This document shows positions 19,474-28,475 of a stretch of DNA of 64,000 bases, piece by piece (the first letter of the stretch is position 1; every line of letters begins with the position of its first letter). The stretch lies in NCBI GenBank assembly GCA_943349945.1, contig CALQZS010000001.1, positions 130,803 through 194,802 on the forward strand. Direction: 5' to 3'. Source of the stretch: Candidatus Nomurabacteria bacterium. Lineage in GTDB: Bacteria; Patescibacteriota; Minisyncoccia; Phycocordibacterales; SBAW01. Made by a program: the position numbers and the translations under genes. Under the pieces are notes generated by a model that searched no databases, was not told the origin of the DNA, and saw only the letters and a program-made list of their open reading frames with translations.

Positions 19474-20934
19474 TTATTTTTTAGACAGATACTCCTTTGC
19501 AATTTTTAAATAATTTTCTTTTTTCTTTTTTTCCATCTTATCAAAAAGTCTCGGCATCATCGATAGTCGATGATTACTTGTGAAAAAGTCACGGTGACTA
19601 GCTATGAAATTCCAATACAGTGCAGTCCACTTCTCTTCCCAATCGCCACCAGTATAATCTGACATTTTTTTAATGTAATTGCTACCCGAGATATATGGTT
19701 TGGTAGCAAAAATACCACCATCAGCGAACTGACTCATCCCATATACATTTGGTACCATTACCCAATCATACGCATCAACATACATTGCCATAAACCATTG
19801 ATACACATAATCGGGATTAACCTGAGAAAGCAACATAAAGTTACCGATAACCATCAATCGTTCGATATGATGATTGTATCCATAGTGCAGAGCTTTCTTG
19901 ATAGCGCTGTCGACCGGAGCAATACCAGTATCTCCAGTCCAAAATCCTATTGGCAAGTTGCGGGAATGTTTCCAAAAATTCTTCGTGCGCATGACGGCAC
20001 CATCACACTCATAGGAAGCGCGCATAAACTCACGCCACCCAATGATCTGTCGTACAAAACCTTCGAGTGAATTTATAGGTATAGCGTGAGTATCTGCATA
20101 TACTATTGCACTATCGATTACCTGCCTTGGGTCGAGCAATCCAATATTTATGAGAGCTGACAATGTAGAATGAAAAAGCCGTACGCTTTTCGTAGAAAGC
20201 GCGTCCTCATACACACCAAAATCTGCAAAGCGGTCTTCTAAAAATACCTGCAAAAATTTTTTGGCATCCTTGTGTGTATATGGTAGCCAGCAGGCTATCT
20301 CTCCATATTTTTCAGCTTGTATTGTATCGAGCCACTTCTTCATTTTTGATACATCAAAATCATTTTCAAAAACAGTATCCTTGGGGAGAGTTGTATCTCG
20401 AGCAAGTTTTTTTCGATTGTCTGCATCAAAGCTCCACGCTCCCCATCTGGGCTTTCCATGTCCGTCCATCAAGATACCCAAGTCCACTCGAATTTTCTTG
20501 TAGAACATCGCCATATTTTTCTTTGAGCTTTTGTATCTTGCTATTGATTCCTCCTTTGGCAAAATAAAAAGTGGTGACTCATACCAAACCCGCTTTATCT
20601 TGGAAGCTGTTATAGCCCGCTCCAAATAGAAGTCAGTAGTATCGACAATATGAAGTTCTTGTATCCCTTCTTTTTTTAAATAATCAAAAATATCTTTCGT
20701 CTTCGGATACTGTTCAATCGTCAGGCATTTTACTTTGTACCCCTCTTTTTTCAAAAGCTCTGCATATGCGCCCATACTTAATTTGTGCAAAATTAGCTTT
20801 TGATAATGAATGGGGTTGTGCGACAGAATCAAGGGCTCTTCAATCAAAAAAATAATCCGTGCTTTTTGTATAGCCGGTGATTTTATAAAAAGTTGATGAG
20901 GATAGACCAATGTTGCTTCTTTCATAGTATTCAT
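19474..20934 (-). CDS. cryptochrome/photolyase-related protein (COG3046-type)
   Basis: 486 aa with GWREF and NHHIERLMVIGNFMLL motifs, in an AT-rich gene. Confidence 0.8.
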   Translation of the reverse strand: MNTMKEATLVYPHQLFIKSPAIQKARIIFLIEEPLILSHNPIHYQKLILHKLSMGAYAELLKKEGYKVKCLTIEQYPKTKDIFDYLKKEGIQELHIVDTTDFYLERAITASKIKRVWYESPLFILPKEESIARYKSSKKNMAMFYKKIRVDLGILMDGHGKPRWGAWSFDADNRKKLARDTTLPKDTVFENDFDVSKMKKWLDTIQAEKYGEIACWLPYTHKDAKKFLQVFLEDRFADFGVYEDALSTKSVRLFHSTLSALINIGLLDPRQVIDSAIVYADTHAIPINSLEGFVRQIIGWREFMRASYECDGAVMRTKNFWKHSRNLPIGFWTGDTGIAPVDSAIKKALHYGYNHHIERLMVIGNFMLLSQVNPDYVYQWFMAMYVDAYDWVMVPNVYGMSQFADGGIFATKPYISGSNYIKKMSDYTGGDWEEKWTALYWNFIASHRDFFTSNHRLSMMPRLFDKMEKKKKENYLKIAKEYLSKK

Positions 20935-20937
20935 CTA

Positions 20938-21204
20938 TCAGGTTGATAGTATTAAAATCAAAATAGCGAAGTATACGATCAGATAAAAACGATAGAAATT
21001 AATCACCCGCAACTCTGCACTCTTCGTGCGCTGATGAAAGCCAAAAAGCACTTTGATCTCCTCCCAAAAAACGGGCTTTACATTAATCCACCAGCTATCA
21101 GTTTGATAGACCATCTTCCTAAATCGACTGCGAAACAATCCCAAAGGAAAACTCCAGATAAAAAACGCAACGATGGCAATCGTGTGTATGGTTATAGTAT
21201 CCAT
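20938..21204 (-). CDS. small membrane protein (translationally coupled to photolyase-related gene)
   Basis: 88 aa, two TM segments, with its stop 3 nt from the downstream start. Confidence 0.4.
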   Translation of the reverse strand: MDTITIHTIAIVAFFIWSFPLGLFRSRFRKMVYQTDSWWINVKPVFWEEIKVLFGFHQRTKSAELRVINFYRFYLIVYFAILILILST

Positions 21205-21325
21205 TTATGCCTCTTCAGTCCTTACTTCTATTATAAACTTTATTCTCTCAAGAGCTACCATTCCCTCCCCCTCCTTTTTGCGAACCTCGACCTTCAGGGG
21301 CAAAAGATACTTTGGCCATAAATTT

Positions 21326-22225
21326 TTACTCCACCGGACAGGTGTTTTTGCCCATCGCGGCGTAGAACCCACACCAGCTAAATATTGCTTCAAAGAATGC
21401 AAGGCCGGAGAAGAAGATGAGGATGGGGCTCCAGGTGGTGGTGATGGCCCATAGGAGCAATGCAATGCCAATGGCGAGGCGGACGAGTCGGTCGGACTTG
21501 CCGATATTTTTAGCAACTCCACGCACAGAGTTTTTAGCAACCTTTTTCAAAATCGCGCGGTAGACGAAGCCCACGATGAACGCAAGAATATATATAATGA
21601 CAATCAGTCCCCACCCAAAGGGCGAGAGGATAAAGCCGATTGGCGATTCGTTAAAAAAATCCTTTTTAATCTGCGGGATGAGCGTGAGTGCGTTTAAGCC
21701 TTCTTTGCCGTCAAACTTCTCTATCTCACCGATGGCGAGCGAGTACTTGCTGTCGTTGTTGGGGCTTGTCACACGGATCTCGTAGATGCCTACATCAGCA
21801 CGCGCTTTATACTCTGGTCCTTGCCAGTAGGTGTCGTAGCCAAATGGTTCAAAAAACTGTTTCCATGCAAATGTCGCGCCATCGAGCACGGCGATTTGCT
21901 TGCCGTCTTTTAGTACCACAGCGGAGACATCTTTCTTTTGCCCTGCAATGTCTGGCACCAAGACTCCGACATACAGATTAAACGCTTGCTTCGCATCTAT
22001 AGTATATACATCCGGCTCGCCCATGAGCTTGCCATAATATGCTTTGGAAACTTCGGGGTCAGTAACTGATGTAAGTCTATCCTCTGTAATTCGAGGCTGA
22101 TGTGCGGAAGCCAAGCTCGGAGTCAACGTAAATATAGAGACAAACAACGCAAGCAGCGTGAGTGATAGTAGTTTGGAATTTATGTTATATCCGAAAACGT
22201 TCAAGATGCACCTAGTATACAGCAC
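21326..22225 (-). CDS. secreted protein with C-terminal DUF2892-like transmembrane domain
   Basis: Signal peptide plus a C-terminal RLVRLAIG...SWCGFYAAMGKNTCP motif. Confidence 0.5.
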   Translation of the reverse strand: MLYTRCILNVFGYNINSKLLSLTLLALFVSIFTLTPSLASAHQPRITEDRLTSVTDPEVSKAYYGKLMGEPDVYTIDAKQAFNLYVGVLVPDIAGQKKDVSAVVLKDGKQIAVLDGATFAWKQFFEPFGYDTYWQGPEYKARADVGIYEIRVTSPNNDSKYSLAIGEIEKFDGKEGLNALTLIPQIKKDFFNESPIGFILSPFGWGLIVIIYILAFIVGFVYRAILKKVAKNSVRGVAKNIGKSDRLVRLAIGIALLLWAITTTWSPILIFFSGLAFFEAIFSWCGFYAAMGKNTCPVE

Positions 22226-22230
22226 CTAGT

Positions 22231-22599
22231 CTAGAAGTAAGGGATGAGTAAACTAAGTCCCTTCCCCATCAGAAAGCTGTATATCAGCAACCCAATGAAC
22301 GGTAGAGGCACCAGCCATAAAAACCATCTTGGATGGTCAGGTTTTTTTGAAAAAACCATGTACCAATTCAACGCAAATATAAGAGGTGTACAAATTGACA
22401 AGAGAGCACTTGTACCAAAACCGAGCAGTCCAAACACTTCCCCACTACTCCATACGAAAGAGTCGTCCTGCACAATAAACAAAAAGGCTACGCTCGACCA
22501 AACAACAGCTATTAGAAACACCTTTACTAAAAGCGCTTCGTAAATTCCAATAGCAGCCAAAACTATTTTTACAGGCGTGTTGATGGTGAATCTATGCAT
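22231..22599 (-). CDS. hypothetical membrane protein
   Basis: Start moved to ATG 22597-22599 (MHRFTINTPVKIV...), because the track ORF's N-terminus overlaps a tRNA on the same strand. Confidence 0.45.
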   Translation of the reverse strand: MHRFTINTPVKIVLAAIGIYEALLVKVFLIAVVWSSVAFLFIVQDDSFVWSSGEVFGLLGFGTSALLSICTPLIFALNWYMVFSKKPDHPRWFLWLVPLPFIGLLIYSFLMGKGLSLLIPYF

Positions 22600-22627
22600 G
22601 TAGGTAATTATATACCCATAACCGTTG

Positions 22628-22714
22628 CGGAGAGAGCGAGATTCGAACTCGCGGGCCCAATTAAGGGCCGACAGTTTAGTAAACTGTTGATTTAAACCAC
22701 TCATCCATCTCTCC
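22628..22714 (-). tRNA. type II (long variable arm) tRNA, Ser-like, anticodon apparently ACU
   Basis: Acceptor GGAGAGA/TCTCTCC, T-arm GCGAG-TTCGAAT-CTCGC, variable arm GGCCC-TTAATT-GGGCC, and anticodon stem ACAGT/ACTGT with loop TTACTAA. Confidence 0.7.
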
Positions 22715-22926
22715 ATATATTCGCACTGCTCAAATGGAGCTGCTCGGCGCAGATCGATGGAATCGTGGTCGGCACATGGTGCCGGCTTGAGAAGAAGCAG
22801 TTCTTCTCTTCGCCCATCTCATCCATCTCTCCTTGCCCTTGAGGATACTACAGTATATAGAGGAGCTCAATTAAAGCCTTTTTGAGCGTGTAAAGTAGCC
22901 CCTATTATGGTACTGTGGCGTGTATT

Positions 22927-23011
22927 GGAGACGTGTCAGAGTGGTCGAATGTGCCTCCTTGCTAAGGAGGTAGGGCGCAAGCCCTCGTGGGTTCGAATCC
23001 CACCGTCTCCG
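22927..23011 (+). tRNA. tRNA-Ser (GCU)
   Basis: Acceptor GGAGACG/CGTCTCC, anticodon loop TTGCTAA between CCTCC/GGAGG, long variable arm, and T-arm GTGGG-TTCGAAT-CCCAC. Confidence 0.85.
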
Positions 23012-23049
23012 CAAAGCTAAATTTTGATATATTCTCCTATCTAAATTTT

Positions 23050-23230
23050 GCTTATGTGTGAACGGGAGAGGGATTCGAAGGACGGAAGAAAAGCTCTGGG
23101 AGAGCTTTTCTGAGTCGGGGTCGCGAGATTTTTCAGCAGAAAAATACTTGTGACCGAATCCCACTGTCCACAAATACTACGCGGCGTAGAATTGAGTCGA
23201 AGCCGAATCGTTTTAATCGTCTCCGCTTAG
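23050..23230. repeat. degenerate tRNA-end fragments (possible att-site scars)
   Basis: gggagagggattcgaagg resembles the end of the minus-strand tRNA. gaccgaatcccactgtccaca and atcgtctccgc resemble the 3' end of tRNA-Ser(GCU), TTCGAATCCCACCGTCTCCGCA. Confidence 0.35.
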
Positions 23231-23298
23231 TTTTTTGTAGTGTTCTACTGTAGAGCATTTTATGTGGTATAAACAAGCCATATCATTAATTTTTTAAT

Positions 23299-23931
23299 AT
23301 GTCTCGACAAACGATATTAATATTAGTCCTTATTGTTTTGGTGGTTGGCGTAAGCGGGTATTGGTATTTTAGTCACCAAAGCAAGGTTACCGACGTACCT
23401 ACAGAGGTGGTTGCAACGACAAATACTACCCATGTAGAAGAAGTAAAGGTGGAAAATAATCGAAAAAGTGCCGTAACGTCTAATGGTTTGGAATTTGACC
23501 CGGCTAAGGTACAGCCCGGGGAAAAATTCGGTGCGTTTACAGTTATTGCTTCGAGCGCTTATACGATTGGCGATGAACACTCTTACTCAGTAAGTTTCAA
23601 AGGACCTGTAAATATCCAGGGTGTATTAAACAATTTTGAGCCTAGTATGTGTGGTGCAGTACTGGAGATTTCTACATCAACTTCCGAAACCTTGCCTAGA
23701 GTGAGCGGTGAAAAGGTGGGGAGCATGAATGTATACCTTGACCTAGATGGTTTGCCAGAGGCAGAGCGTGTTACTTATACGAGCGCCGGTTTTACAACCC
23801 CTTCCGGGCAACTACTCCAAGAGGGTGATGTGTTAGAAGTAACTGTTGATACGTTTTTGGCTTCGCACCAAGGGAAAGATTGTAGCGGCAAGAGGATACA
23901 GGTCACCTCATTTAAGAAGCTTTCTATCTAA
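23299..23931 (+). CDS. hypothetical secreted/membrane-anchored protein
   Basis: 210 aa with an N-terminal TM/signal anchor. Confidence 0.5.
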   Translation: MSRQTILILVLIVLVVGVSGYWYFSHQSKVTDVPTEVVATTNTTHVEEVKVENNRKSAVTSNGLEFDPAKVQPGEKFGAFTVIASSAYTIGDEHSYSVSFKGPVNIQGVLNNFEPSMCGAVLEISTSTSETLPRVSGEKVGSMNVYLDLDGLPEAERVTYTSAGFTTPSGQLLQEGDVLEVTVDTFLASHQGKDCSGKRIQVTSFKKLSI

Positions 23932-24022
23932 CTGCGCAGCAAAATAGAAAACTTCGCCTCAGTACATATTTGTGACCGAGTCTCACTCTCTCTCCGCCAT
24001 ACATATACAACTTTTTTAAGAG

Positions 24023-24070
24023 TTGATATCCGCATTGACAATATCAACTAAACAGTATAAACTGTTGACA
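24023..24070 (+). promoter_or_regulatory. promoter region of fic with two palindromic operator-like sites
   Basis: gttgatat-N10-atatcaac and aacagtataaactgtt overlap two TTGACA hexamers just upstream of the ATG. Confidence 0.4.
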
Positions 24071-24075
24071 TTCAT

Positions 24076-25257
24076 ATGAGCAACATCAATAGACCAAAAA
24101 TAGGTCGCTACGTAGCCCAAAAAGAGGGGTTCAAATCCTTCACCCCTTATGACTTTCCACCCAAGGAAGGCTTTGTTATTAGTCCTAAATTGTATAAAAA
24201 ACTTGAGGATGCGATTCGACTAGTCGGCAAGCTTGACGGTATCACTCGCCTGCTACCCGACAAAGACTTCTTTCTTCTTATGTTCATCAAAAAGGACGCC
24301 GCCTATTCAAGTCAAATAGAAGGCACCAAAGCTACCCTACAGGATGCCGTGGCGGCACCAGTTACAGAAGAAAAATCACGTCGACATCCTGATGTAGATG
24401 ACATAGTCCATTATGTTGAGGCCGTAAACTATGGCATCAAACGAAGCGAGACACTCCCTATTTCTCTGCGGTTAGTACGAGAGATACACGAGAAGTTAAT
24501 GACAGGTGCACGCGCCACACAACATGCCTATCCTGGCGAATTTAGACGTTCCCAAAATTGGATTGGGGGTAAAATTCCTCAAGATGCCTCCTTTGTGCCA
24601 CCTGCGCCGCACGATATGGACAAATCACTGGATGATTTGGAAAAATTCATCCATGCAAAAGATGATTACCCCTCACTTATAAAAGCGGGTCTTTTGCATG
24701 CCCAATTCGAAACAATTCACCCATTTACAGACGGCAACGGACGTACAGGACGCATGCTTATTGCTATGTACATGCACCACACAAAACTTCTTGAATTACC
24801 TATATTGTATCTATCTAGTTACTTCAAAAAGTATCAAAAACTCTACTACCAAAAGCTTCAGAATTACCATGAGGAAGATTCCGATATAGAAGGTTGGCTA
24901 GAGTTCTTTCTTGAAGGTGTTGCTGAAATTGCTGAATCTTCAATCGAAACCTGTACTAATATCACAGCCCTTCGAGACCGAGACTTTGCGAAAATGCAAA
25001 AACTTGGCAAACAGTCTGCTGAATCAACACTCGAAGTGGTGCGCAAACTCTTCAGCCAACCAATAGTCGGGGTTGCAGAAATAATAAATTGGACTGGGTT
25101 TAGCCCACAAGGGGCGTACAACATGATTGAGCGACTTAAAGCTCTAGGAATTCTAGAGCCTCTTGGTGATGCAGAATATGGACAAAAATACATCTATGCA
25201 GACTACTACAGGCTCTTTGATGATACTTTTAATACAACAAAAGTAAGCAAAAAATAG
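24076..25257 (+). CDS. fic: Fic family protein (AMPylator/adenylyltransferase), class II with N-terminal inhibitory motif
   Basis: Active-site HPFTDGNGRTGR (HxFx(D/E)GNGRxxR) and the inhibitory helix motif SSQIEG ((S/T)xxxE(G/N)). C-terminal wHTH-like region. Confidence 0.85.
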   Translation: MSNINRPKIGRYVAQKEGFKSFTPYDFPPKEGFVISPKLYKKLEDAIRLVGKLDGITRLLPDKDFFLLMFIKKDAAYSSQIEGTKATLQDAVAAPVTEEKSRRHPDVDDIVHYVEAVNYGIKRSETLPISLRLVREIHEKLMTGARATQHAYPGEFRRSQNWIGGKIPQDASFVPPAPHDMDKSLDDLEKFIHAKDDYPSLIKAGLLHAQFETIHPFTDGNGRTGRMLIAMYMHHTKLLELPILYLSSYFKKYQKLYYQKLQNYHEEDSDIEGWLEFFLEGVAEIAESSIETCTNITALRDRDFAKMQKLGKQSAESTLEVVRKLFSQPIVGVAEIINWTGFSPQGAYNMIERLKALGILEPLGDAEYGQKYIYADYYRLFDDTFNTTKVSKK

Positions 25258-25258
25258 T

Positions 25259-25828
25259 ATGAAAAAACTCATCCTCGCTTCTACATCACCCCGACGCAAG
25301 GAGGTGCTCGAGAAAACAGGCCTATCGTTTGAGATTGTGCCAAGCGACTACGAAGAAGACATGACCCTCGACATGCCGCCCGAGGAGTTGGCCGAGTATC
25401 TTTCGGCTGGCAAGGCGCGGGCCGTTGCGGCCAAAAACCCAGGAGCCGTAGTTATTGCGGCCGACACCTTTGTAGTGCACGAGCATCATCGCCTGGGCAA
25501 GCCACACACCAACGAGCGCGCAAAAGAGATGCTAGAGATGCTCAGCGGCAAAGCACACTATATAGTAACCGGTGTGACTATTGTCGCTGGCGACCAAGTG
25601 TGCTCCTTCCACGAAAAGACTTCGGTGCACATGGCAGAGTTGTCGGAAGCGTTAATAGAGCAATATATAGCCACCGGCGAGCCACTCGACAAAGCTGGCG
25701 CCTATGCGCTGCAAGAGCTGGGCGCTATGCTTATAGAAAAAACAGAGGGTGACTTTTTTAATGCCATGGGCCTGCCGCTCCGCCGGCTTGTGCACGAGCT
25801 CCGGGCCTTTGGGGTGGAGGTTTTGTAA
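25259..25828 (+). CDS. maf: Maf-like nucleoside triphosphate pyrophosphatase (septum formation protein Maf)
   Basis: LILASTSPRRKEVL...IAADTFV.. Maf signature. It starts 1 nt after the fic stop. Confidence 0.85.
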   Translation: MKKLILASTSPRRKEVLEKTGLSFEIVPSDYEEDMTLDMPPEELAEYLSAGKARAVAAKNPGAVVIAADTFVVHEHHRLGKPHTNERAKEMLEMLSGKAHYIVTGVTIVAGDQVCSFHEKTSVHMAELSEALIEQYIATGEPLDKAGAYALQELGAMLIEKTEGDFFNAMGLPLRRLVHELRAFGVEVL

Positions 25829-25858
25829 GACAGAACATAACCTCTTGCGGTACTTATA

Positions 25859-26149
25859 ATGCATGGTACTGTATCGCCAGTAGCCGTGCGTATTCCATTA
25901 CCCACAAAAGTTGGAGAGGAACGATCCATGAACAGCGCGCACATCTCCGGCTCGCAACACACTCCTACGACAGTAGGCGGGGGCACGCTCCACGACATCG
26001 CCGAGGACACGGTCTCATCTACCAACGACCCTTCCTTATTTCCTCGGTCTGTAACAGGCTCCACCTTCACCTGCGACCATGGAAATTGCGGGTGCATGGT
26101 GCAAATCGTGTTCAGGACGGTCACCCGAAACAACCCCTTCGACAACTGA
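25859..26149 (+). CDS. hypothetical small Cys-containing protein (uncertain)
   Basis: 96-aa ORF ending CDHGNCGC..., followed directly by a terminator. Coding status unproven. Confidence 0.3.
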   Translation: MHGTVSPVAVRIPLPTKVGEERSMNSAHISGSQHTPTTVGGGTLHDIAEDTVSSTNDPSLFPRSVTGSTFTCDHGNCGCMVQIVFRTVTRNNPFDN

Positions 26150-26155
26150 CCCACC

Positions 26156-26187
26156 GCCGGCCCACAAGCCGGCGTTTCTTTTTTTGT
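26156..26187 (+). terminator. rho-independent terminator
   Basis: cgccggcccacaagccggcg followed by TTTCTTTTTTT. Confidence 0.55.
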
Positions 26188-26188
26188 A

Positions 26189-27643
26189 TTAAAACTCGAT
26201 CTTTCTATATTCAGGTTTAAACGCACACCCTGCACATGCCACGTCGGACACAGCAGCACCTTGCGCAATCGCCTCGCCCAACCAGCCGGTAAGCCGCGTC
26301 GTGTCTTCCGTATAGTCACTCGAGCGCAACACAATAACCGCCACTCTGTGTTTTTCTGGCCCGTTTGATACGGTAAATACCGACACCATGGTCTCGCCTG
26401 CCGCAGTCGTCTGCCCCACCTTGCCGCCCACAAAGCTTTTTTCGCCCGAAAAGATATTGAGGTTTTGGAGCGCATATACCGCGCCATCGTTTGCTTTAAT
26501 CGTCTTGGCCGGAGCGCGCGTAATATCCCACACAAACGACTTTTTATTTGCCAAGTACATAGCTAAACGAAACAGATCGTCGGGAGTTGATTTGTTGTAT
26601 GGCGACATGCCGCTTGGGTCGGCAAACTGGGTCGCAGTCATCCCCAGTGCCTCTGCGGTAGTATTCATCCATTCTACAAAACCCTTCGTACCATAAAAAC
26701 TGGCCAACATGTCGGCCACGTGGTTGTTAGACTCCATCAAAAGTGGGTACAGCAAGTCGCCGATAAAAAATCTTTTCTGCTCTGTACTGCTTGCAAGCGC
26801 GCGCGACAGCTCCCCTTCCCGCACGGGCACCTCCTTTTCAAAACTGATTATCTCGCTGGCCACCAGTGCGGTCATGAGCTTGGCTACAGACGCCACAGGC
26901 ATCTCTCGGTCTGCGTTGCGCTCGAGGTACACATCGCCGGAGTCTATGTCGGCCACCAAGTAGGCTTCGGCCGAAACAAGCGGCGCTTCCAACTGTGCCA
27001 ACACCCACGGCGTAGTAGACGCCGCCCCATGCGCATCATAGACAAACAATCCCGTACCCTTGTCGGCAAAAGCAAAAATCTCTTGTGCATCTTCGGTCGA
27101 GAGCCGTATGCACCCACCCGAGAATGTCGAGGCCACCGGCGTGCCGTCTGGATAGGTTGGCCACCCATGGATAAAGTAGTTGCCATAAAACTGCATGCTG
27201 TAGGGCATGTTGACGCTCCCTATGGTCGAGAAGTGATTCTCTTCTTTTGTTTGTACCGAATAAAATCCGCTTGGCGTCTCCCACGGCGTCCCCGGCTTGC
27301 CTTTGGTCAAAATGGGGTACGTGGCGGTGGTGGTGCCATTTTCATACAAAGACACCTGCATAGCATCCAGGTCGGCGACCACAAACTTGCCTGTGTGCGG
27401 CACCACCTGTGCAATAGACAGCGCGTTAATTACCCGCTTGGGTGTGCGCGGCGTTATTACGGGTGTGGACGTCGCAAGCGGCACTTCCGCAACAGTCGCC
27501 ACAGATTGTGTGTTTGGCCATGTTTGCAAGTACAGCAGCCCCGCACGCCCACCCAACCCCACCACAAGCACTAGCGCCACAAAAATACCCACAAAGTACA
27601 AACCTCGCTTGTCGACTGCATGCTCTATACCACCGTACTCCAT
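26189..27643 (-). CDS. fused L,D-transpeptidase (YkuD) / D-alanyl-D-alanine carboxypeptidase (PBP5-like serine peptidase) membrane-anchored protein
   Basis: N-terminal TM helix. The LDT catalytic region is HGWPTYPDG...STFSGGCIRL. The DD-CPase motifs are SVAK (SxxK), SNN (SxN) and GKVGQT (KTG-like). Confidence 0.75.
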   Translation of the reverse strand: MEYGGIEHAVDKRGLYFVGIFVALVLVVGLGGRAGLLYLQTWPNTQSVATVAEVPLATSTPVITPRTPKRVINALSIAQVVPHTGKFVVADLDAMQVSLYENGTTTATYPILTKGKPGTPWETPSGFYSVQTKEENHFSTIGSVNMPYSMQFYGNYFIHGWPTYPDGTPVASTFSGGCIRLSTEDAQEIFAFADKGTGLFVYDAHGAASTTPWVLAQLEAPLVSAEAYLVADIDSGDVYLERNADREMPVASVAKLMTALVASEIISFEKEVPVREGELSRALASSTEQKRFFIGDLLYPLLMESNNHVADMLASFYGTKGFVEWMNTTAEALGMTATQFADPSGMSPYNKSTPDDLFRLAMYLANKKSFVWDITRAPAKTIKANDGAVYALQNLNIFSGEKSFVGGKVGQTTAAGETMVSVFTVSNGPEKHRVAVIVLRSSDYTEDTTRLTGWLGEAIAQGAAVSDVACAGCAFKPEYRKIEF

Positions 27644-27644
27644 A

Positions 27645-28472
27645 CTATATATGTGGCTGCAGCACAGGCACCAAAGCGCCCTCTGGGGTTATGTCGTAGG
27701 TGATGCCCAACGGGTCTTGCGGCAGCTCGCGCAACACACCCGCCCGCACCAAGTCTTCTAGAGTACTTGGGTACGCCCCCACAGCGCTGTGGTATTGCTC
27801 GACCGCCTGCTCCAGCATGCTGCGCAGCTCTATATGCAGCACATTATGTAGCGCCTGGGCGCGCACCACCTCGTCGGCAGAGTTTTCATAAATAGCTATC
27901 CAGATTTGTTTTGTCTCTTCTCGGATGTCACCCCGCAACCCATAGTTGTGCGCAGACAGTTTGATACCCTCGGGCACGCCCGGGGTGTTTGCAGCGATGT
28001 TCATATACAGTGCTGCATTTGTTGAGTCTTTGAGCGCCAGATGGTACGCAGTGGCTACGTAGTATGGTATGCGCCAGTCGCCCAAGTTTTGTGCGACTCC
28101 TTGCCGGCCAATGGCTATGGCGCGCTCTGTTGCCTCTTGGTCGTTGTGCGGCGCCATCAAAGTTACAAAAGCATACAGGTAGCTAAACTGCGGGTCCAGA
28201 GCCACCATGGCCGCTATGCGCATGGCCGCACTGTCGAGCGCCGCGCCGCCTGTGCCGCCTATGTCTTGTATGAGCCCGAGCCAAAGCAGCGACGCCATAG
28301 CCGAAGACAAACCCAGCGTAGCGCCACGCAACACCGGGGCCGGGAGTGGCTGGTGCGGTTGGTATGGCACCGACGTTTGGTATTTGTCGTGTACCAGCTG
28401 CACAGCAGCCACCGCACACAAGAGTGCCACCAGCACTGCGCCGCATATGGTTTGTATATGCCACTTTGCCAT
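27645..28472 (-). CDS. hypothetical membrane-anchored protein
   Basis: 275 aa with an N-terminal TM helix. It is packed 1 nt from the downstream LDT/CPase gene. Confidence 0.45.
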   Translation of the reverse strand: MAKWHIQTICGAVLVALLCAVAAVQLVHDKYQTSVPYQPHQPLPAPVLRGATLGLSSAMASLLWLGLIQDIGGTGGAALDSAAMRIAAMVALDPQFSYLYAFVTLMAPHNDQEATERAIAIGRQGVAQNLGDWRIPYYVATAYHLALKDSTNAALYMNIAANTPGVPEGIKLSAHNYGLRGDIREETKQIWIAIYENSADEVVRAQALHNVLHIELRSMLEQAVEQYHSAVGAYPSTLEDLVRAGVLRELPQDPLGITYDITPEGALVPVLQPHI

Positions 28473-28475
28473 AGG

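Noticed and set aside
23050-23170. Possible tmRNA or extra tRNA gene downstream of tRNA-Ser(GCU)
   Set aside because: No acceptor-stem pairing or intact T-arm could be built on either strand. The segments are best explained as degenerate copies of the neighbouring tRNA ends. The real tmRNA is at 41653-42018.
22871-23173. 100-aa ORF (..RRRWDSNPRGLAPY..)
   Set aside because: It is antisense translation of tRNA-Ser(GCU) and the tRNA-fragment region. WDSNPR is the classic antisense-tRNA artefact.
25702-26535. 277-aa Arg-rich minus-strand ORF
   Set aside because: It overlaps maf and the small-protein/terminator region antisense. Its composition is typical of GC-rich antisense frames.
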